IMG/VR virus record: IMGVR_UViG_3300042519_000334
Coordinates: 1 to 61,636 of that record
DNA length: 61,636 nt
Direction: 5' to 3' (one strand)
Source of the DNA: a virus
Taxonomy: Duplodnaviria; Caudoviricetes
Position numbers and translations under genes: made by a program. Numbering within the stretch: the stretch's first letter is position 1; each line of letters opens with the position of its first letter. Shown here one piece after another: positions 61,609 through 61,636 of this stretch. The notes beneath the pieces are model-generated. The model made no database searches. It was not told where the DNA came from and was given only the letters and a program-made list of their open reading frames with translations.

Positions 61609-61636
61609 AAACATAGTTTTGGCAGATTATACAACA

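Noticed and set aside
61510-61636. 127-bp terminal repeat as a biological DTR
   Set aside because: It lies within a gene and equals a common assembler k-mer, so it is best read as circular assembly overlap
1-61636. Stop-codon reassignment as in some crAss-like phages
   Set aside because: Long genes are intact in the standard code, all three stops end genes, and the only tRNA is Arg(TCT)

Overview
The window is an apparently complete, circularly assembled genome of about 61.5 kb (bases 61510-61636 repeat bases 1-127). It belongs to a lytic tailed phage with crAss-like head and tail genes. The host is most likely Bacteroidota, because TAnnTTTG promoters are used throughout and genes have AT-rich leaders with no obvious Shine-Dalgarno sites. 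The plus strand carries early and replication genes: amidoligase, glutamine amidotransferase, glucosaminidase, metallophosphoesterase, MazG, SSAP/exonuclease, gamma-glutamylcyclotransferase, primase-helicase, nrdB/nrdA and tRNA-Arg. The minus strand carries the late block: amidase, GroES-like protein, terminase, portal, two S74-chaperone tail fibres, major capsid protein, ring and muzzle proteins, and a 2697-aa polyvalent ejected protein. No DNA or RNA polymerase, integrase, CRISPR array or reverse transcriptase was recognised. The most striking content is RNA-level. The main early promoter reads into a ~650-nt ORF-free RNA with many long-range complementarities, which ends in a 51-nt minimal tRNA-like element. 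Two type I hammerhead ribozymes with identical stem I then bracket the amidoligase gene, so the excised 1877-nt mRNA could re-form a hammerhead across its own ends and circularise. Several further structured-RNA candidates, a seven-copy palindrome array and probable leaderless late mRNAs are also present. All protein calls are from motif recognition by eye and all RNA folds are manual, so none were computed.
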